A stretch of 64,000 nucleotides of DNA, taken from assembly GCA_918797485.1 (NCBI GenBank), contig CAKKNE010000004.1:620001-684000 (forward strand), in the 5' to 3' direction. The DNA comes from Pelagomonas calceolata (taxonomy: Eukaryota). Position 1 is the stretch's first letter. The number at the start of each line of letters is the position of its first letter. The notes under the pieces were generated by a model. That model saw nothing but the letters and a program-made list of their open reading frames with translations. It did no database searches and had not been told where the DNA came from. Positions 60,189 through 64,000 of this stretch are shown in pieces. The translations under genes were made by a program, and so were the position numbers.

Positions 60189-62129
60189 ATGGCGCCCCCA
60201 GATGCACAGAATGGCCACGCGCCCAGCAACGGGGCAACGGAGAGCAATGGGGCACCGGAGCAAGCCACCGCACCCCTAATGCCTCCTGCCGCTGCAGCGC
60301 TGGTAAAAGACGCGCCAGCGCTGCAAACCATCACGAGGGGAGAGCTCATGGACACGCCGCCACCACCACCCCCAGACGCCGACGACGCCGACGCCCGCCC
60401 GCTGGAAGATCACCTCCGCGAGTGCGTCGCCGTCCTCAAGCGCCGCAAGGGCCGCGAGGAGCCGGTGGCGCTGCTGCTCAGGGACTTCTGCGCGGCGCAT
60501 CCTGACCAGCGCCACAAGGTCGTGAAGGCTGGATGTATTGGGCCGCTGATCGGGCTCGTGCGGTCCTCGCGAACCGGCAGCTGCAAGGGCGCCGCCGCTG
60601 CAGCGCTCGCCCAATTAGCGTACGACGACGAGGGCAACCGACAGGCCATCCTGGCATGTGAAGGCGAGAAGCCGTTGGGAGCATTGGTTGTCGACCGCAA
60701 CGCGCCCCCGACGGCGCGAGCTTCTGCGTGCGACTGCCTCGCCAATTTAGCTGCGGGCGCGGCGGACGGCGTCGTGGCCGCGCGATTACACGTCGCGGCG
60801 TTTACAGCTTTAGCGACCGACGACGAGAGCAGTTTTGACGTGAAGGCGTCGGCCGCGCGCGCTTTAGCTAACGCTTTACGGCCGCTGGAAGACGTCGAGG
60901 ACGAGGCGGTGAACCCGTCGCTGTCGCAGTGCGCGCTGGAGCTGCTTGCGAGTGATCATAGGGAGGCCGGCGCTTCATTAGCGCGGGCCCTCGTTTTAGC
61001 GACGGAGCTCGACGAAGGTACGGTCAAAAAGTTGTCTGCTGCATTGGTCGCGGCCATCGATAGCGACGGGGCGATCGGCGCCCTCGCTAATTTACTAGCA
61101 AGGGGCGCCACGGCCGCTCCGAGCGTACTGCCAAAACTCGTCGCGACGCGTTCCCAGGCCTCAATCGTCTGTATCGGCAACTTCGCGCTGAAAGATGCTG
61201 GTGCTGTTGTTGACTGTGGAGCGGTTCCCGTGCTCGCCGACTGTCTAGGAGATGAGGCATTAAGGAGGAGCGCGTGCGCGGCTCTACGGAACGTCGCCGC
61301 GTCGAATCCGGGCGCCGTCGCGCCTTTTAGTGAGGCGCTCGCCCGGGTGTTGGGAGAAGTGCCGAACGAGGCGGCGGGCGCCCTGCAGAATATTGCGATG
61401 GTCCAGCCCGCGGCCGTCGCGACGTATGCCCCGGAACTCGCTGTTGCTTTGAAAGACGCTCCGAGAAAAGCGGCGTGTGCCTTGGCGCACATTGCGGCGA
61501 GAGACCCCGCCGACGTCCCGGTGACGCCGCTGGTCGAAGCGTTGAATAATGCCAAGAGTGCTTCCGCAGCGTGCTGCGCTCTAGCTTGTGTAGCAAGCGA
61601 CACACCTGGCAGAGCGGCTCTGGTGGACGCGAAAGGCGTGCCTTCATTAGTAGCTCTCCTCGAGGACGACGACGCAAAGTGCGCCTGCGCGGCAGCACAT
61701 GTGATAAGGAACCTCGCGTGTGACGATAAGGGACGGAGGGCGCTATTGATCAACGGCGGTGCGGCCGCTCTATCGGCCGCGGGCCTCGAGGGCGACGACG
61801 AGGCGGCGCAGCTCCGCGTGGAAGCTATTGCGAACCTGTGCCTCGGGGACGCCGCGGACCGGACGGCTGTGGTGAATGCGAAATGTATTAGACCCCTCGC
61901 GAAGCGCGCCCACGTGTTGAAGTGCGGTGCCGCGGCGGATGCTTTGGATAGATTGAGTGTGGACGAGGCCGCTTTGGTGAATAAGGCGCGGGCGGCCCTC
62001 ACGCCGAAGAAGGCCACGCCGCGGCGCCTGGGCCCCCGGCGCCTGGGCCCGACGCGGAAGCCCGCGCCCTACCAGTGCGTCTCGCCCGTGCCGCCCGCTT
62101 CTGCGGACGGGCCCGATAGTGTGTTGTGA
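60189..62129 (+). CDS. Armadillo repeat protein
   Basis: GCIGPLIGLV, AAAALAQLA, GAVPVLADCL, GVPSLVALL..AAHVIRNLA. Confidence 0.88.
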   Translation: MAPPDAQNGHAPSNGATESNGAPEQATAPLMPPAAAALVKDAPALQTITRGELMDTPPPPPPDADDADARPLEDHLRECVAVLKRRKGREEPVALLLRDFCAAHPDQRHKVVKAGCIGPLIGLVRSSRTGSCKGAAAAALAQLAYDDEGNRQAILACEGEKPLGALVVDRNAPPTARASACDCLANLAAGAADGVVAARLHVAAFTALATDDESSFDVKASAARALANALRPLEDVEDEAVNPSLSQCALELLASDHREAGASLARALVLATELDEGTVKKLSAALVAAIDSDGAIGALANLLARGATAAPSVLPKLVATRSQASIVCIGNFALKDAGAVVDCGAVPVLADCLGDEALRRSACAALRNVAASNPGAVAPFSEALARVLGEVPNEAAGALQNIAMVQPAAVATYAPELAVALKDAPRKAACALAHIAARDPADVPVTPLVEALNNAKSASAACCALACVASDTPGRAALVDAKGVPSLVALLEDDDAKCACAAAHVIRNLACDDKGRRALLINGGAAALSAAGLEGDDEAAQLRVEAIANLCLGDAADRTAVVNAKCIRPLAKRAHVLKCGAAADALDRLSVDEAALVNKARAALTPKKATPRRLGPRRLGPTRKPAPYQCVSPVPPASADGPDSVL

Positions 62130-62133
62130 TGAA

Positions 62134-63045
62134 CTAACTAACAGTTTTCTTAGGACGCTTCACGAGGCGCTCGAGCTCGTCCAGACCCGGACAAGGCCGC
62201 CTATTTCTAGCAGGGAGCAGCCTCGCCAATGCCAGCGCCACCTGGGCGTTCGGCCTCGCCGGCAACACGGAACGCAGTACGCCGACGTCGCGTTGTGACG
62301 CGAGCCTCGGAATCCATTTGGAAGCGCGCTTGTGCGACCGCGCCACTAGAGCGGCACATATCGCAAGTCGAGCCGCCGGCCACGCCGCAGAGAGCTCCTT
62401 GACCAATGCTTCAGCAGCAGTATCAGAAGAAAACAGGTCCGTCTCGACCAGGACGGGTACCACCACGTTCGCCAGTGTACATGGAGCACAAGTCGCGAGA
62501 AATTCCCGATTGATCTTCCGCTTCCGTTTTTTCTTGGATGAGGAAAACGCCCGCAACACATCATCAACAAGCTTAGCAGAAGCACTCCGTAGACCCTGGA
62601 GGTGCTCAGCTTGCGGCCTCCAGTACGTGGCATCGAAGAACCGCAATAATTCGTCGCAAGCCGCCCGTAACACGCCGTCGGCGGGCAGCTTTTGATGCGT
62701 AATCCCGTGCCGCACGTCGACGAGCCAGGTCGGCAGGCCCGCCTGCTCCGCGAGTGCATTCAACGGTTTTGCATCCCGGCCCGTTTGGCCGACGTCCAAC
62801 GCGCCGTTCACGGCCCTCGTTACCGCAGCCGCGCGCGCGAGCGACGCCGTCTGCGGGTCGAGGTCGTCGATGGCTATGAGTGCGGCCGTCGCCTCGACGG
62901 CGTGGGGCACGTTTCCCCTTAAACGCCACGTCCGGCAGCGGGCCACCGCTCTCATTCGCGGTTCGGGCTGTTGGGCGTAGAGGCCCGCATACACAAGTTG
63001 CCACTCGGCCCAGTCGCGCCAGGGGACGACGCGGGGCAGGGACAT
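62134..63045 (-). CDS. LAS1: LAS1 HEPN pre-rRNA endonuclease
   Basis: VVPWRDWAEW, WRLRGNVPHAVEATA, GLPTWLVDVRHGITHQKLP, YW. Confidence 0.92.
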   Translation of the reverse strand: MSLPRVVPWRDWAEWQLVYAGLYAQQPEPRMRAVARCRTWRLRGNVPHAVEATAALIAIDDLDPQTASLARAAAVTRAVNGALDVGQTGRDAKPLNALAEQAGLPTWLVDVRHGITHQKLPADGVLRAACDELLRFFDATYWRPQAEHLQGLRSASAKLVDDVLRAFSSSKKKRKRKINREFLATCAPCTLANVVVPVLVETDLFSSDTAAEALVKELSAAWPAARLAICAALVARSHKRASKWIPRLASQRDVGVLRSVLPARPNAQVALALARLLPARNRRPCPGLDELERLVKRPKKTVS

Positions 63046-63223
63046 CGGCTGTCTGCAGGGGGCTGGTTGCAGCGGCGCTGGGATTGCGATGAGAGGCGAA
63101 AGTTGGTTGCAGCTTGGCAGCACGGCAGCAGTCGTCAAAATTATTGATTCCTACGACGTGTATGTGATCGTAGCGCGCAAATTGCCGCTGCAAAGAGGCA
63201 TGCAAAGGACAGCTTGCGTGCTT

Positions 63224-63247
63224 GCTAGTGCCTTACATGACGCTAGC
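63224..63247 (-). promoter_or_regulatory. CTAG-bracketed intergenic motif copy
   Basis: rc GCTAGCGTCATGTAAGGCACTAGC between divergent LAS1 and TPR genes. Confidence 0.7.
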
Positions 63248-63365
63248 TCGGCGCTTGCGCGACGCGCTCGGGAGCCAAATGCCGGGCGCGGACAGCCGCA
63301 GCACGCCGTGCGGCAGCCCCCCGGACCGCCGCCGCGCGCGGAAGCGGCAAGAGGGCAGCCGGACC

Positions 63366-64000
63366 ATGGTTGTATGGGCCCGAACCCTCCTGCTGCTCGC
63401 CGTGAGCGCCGCAGCAGAGGACCCCCACCTCGCCCGCCTGCGGCAGGCGGCCCAGCTCCAGAACGACGGCCGCCTTGCCGAAGCCGTCCCCATCTACGAG
63501 GACGTGCTGCGGCAAGTTCCGAACCATCCCGACGCCCTCCATTTGTCGGGCCTCGCGGCTTTGGCGGCCGGCGACGCCGTGAAGGCGAAGGAGTTGGTAG
63601 AACGGGCGTCTTCCTTGAGACCGAACGACCCGACCATGCTGTCGAACCTGGGGGAAGTGTATCGGAGTATTGGCGACGCCCAGACGGGCGTGGCCTTGCT
63701 GAGGAGAGCAGTCGCGATTGCCCCGCAAGACCTCGGTGTCAAGCGCAACTTAATTGCCGTGTTGTGGGACGCGCAGCTCTACGCGGAGTTCTGCCAGGCG
63801 TCCAGAGAATTATTAGAACAGATTGGGGTTTCGCTCGACTCCCCACAACGAGCGGCCGACCCGAACTTCCACTTCGTCGAGCGACGAGCCCGCTTCGACG
63901 TCGCCGACTCGGCCCAGCGCCACCGCTGCCATGGGGCGAGTGATGATGATGCGTTTCGGTGGTTCGAGTATGCTCTAAAAGCCTACCCCGAGGACGCGCG
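63366..64000 (+). CDS. Signal-peptide TPR protein (partial, runs off window)
   Basis: MVVWARTLLLLAVSAAA..GRLAEAVPIYEDVLRQVPNHPDALHLSG..MLSNLGEVYR. Confidence 0.8.
   Translation, partial: MVVWARTLLLLAVSAAAEDPHLARLRQAAQLQNDGRLAEAVPIYEDVLRQVPNHPDALHLSGLAALAAGDAVKAKELVERASSLRPNDPTMLSNLGEVYRSIGDAQTGVALLRRAVAIAPQDLGVKRNLIAVLWDAQLYAEFCQASRELLEQIGVSLDSPQRAADPNFHFVERRARFDVADSAQRHRCHGASDDDAFRWFEYALKAYPEDA

Noticed and set aside
5640..63247. CTAG motif as Helitron 3' ends
   Set aside because: CTAG is followed mostly by C rather than T, there is no GC hairpin or shared upstream sequence, and placement tracks promoters; kept only as an alternative

Overview
Gene-dense, GC-rich, intron-poor eukaryotic nuclear DNA. 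It is most likely a pelagophyte stramenopile alga (Pelagomonas/Aureococcus-like), inferred from bipartite 'xAF' plastid-targeting leaders and a TIR/8-bp-TSD introner element. About 35 protein genes are present, mostly housekeeping: XPF, NFU1, GST, TTC27-like, GH32, cyclophilin, Mpv17, RPS21, C69 peptidase, SWEET, thioredoxin, NUB1 and LAS1. Highlights: (1) a ~24-bp motif GCTAGC-N3-5-(TG)TAAGACACTAGC in about 17 copies, each in a 5'/divergent intergenic region; (2) a ~9.5-kb mosaic gene (EF-hand, 141-bp VNTR, Ubl-GG, RAMA, UIM, BRCTx2, PADR1, SANT, DNA-glycosyltransferase-like, EndoVII/HNH-like) whose frame is broken inside the VNTR; (3) a probably myristoylated RelA/SpoT-like nucleotidyltransferase fused to TPR, ankyrin and Tudor-like repeats; (4) a non-canonical C5 DNA methyltransferase fused to Tudor-like readers; (5) a complete introner; (6) an ATGA-overlapped small ORF/NUB1 pair; (7) orphan 3' fragments of transporter genes. 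All domain calls are by eye from motifs; no searches were run.
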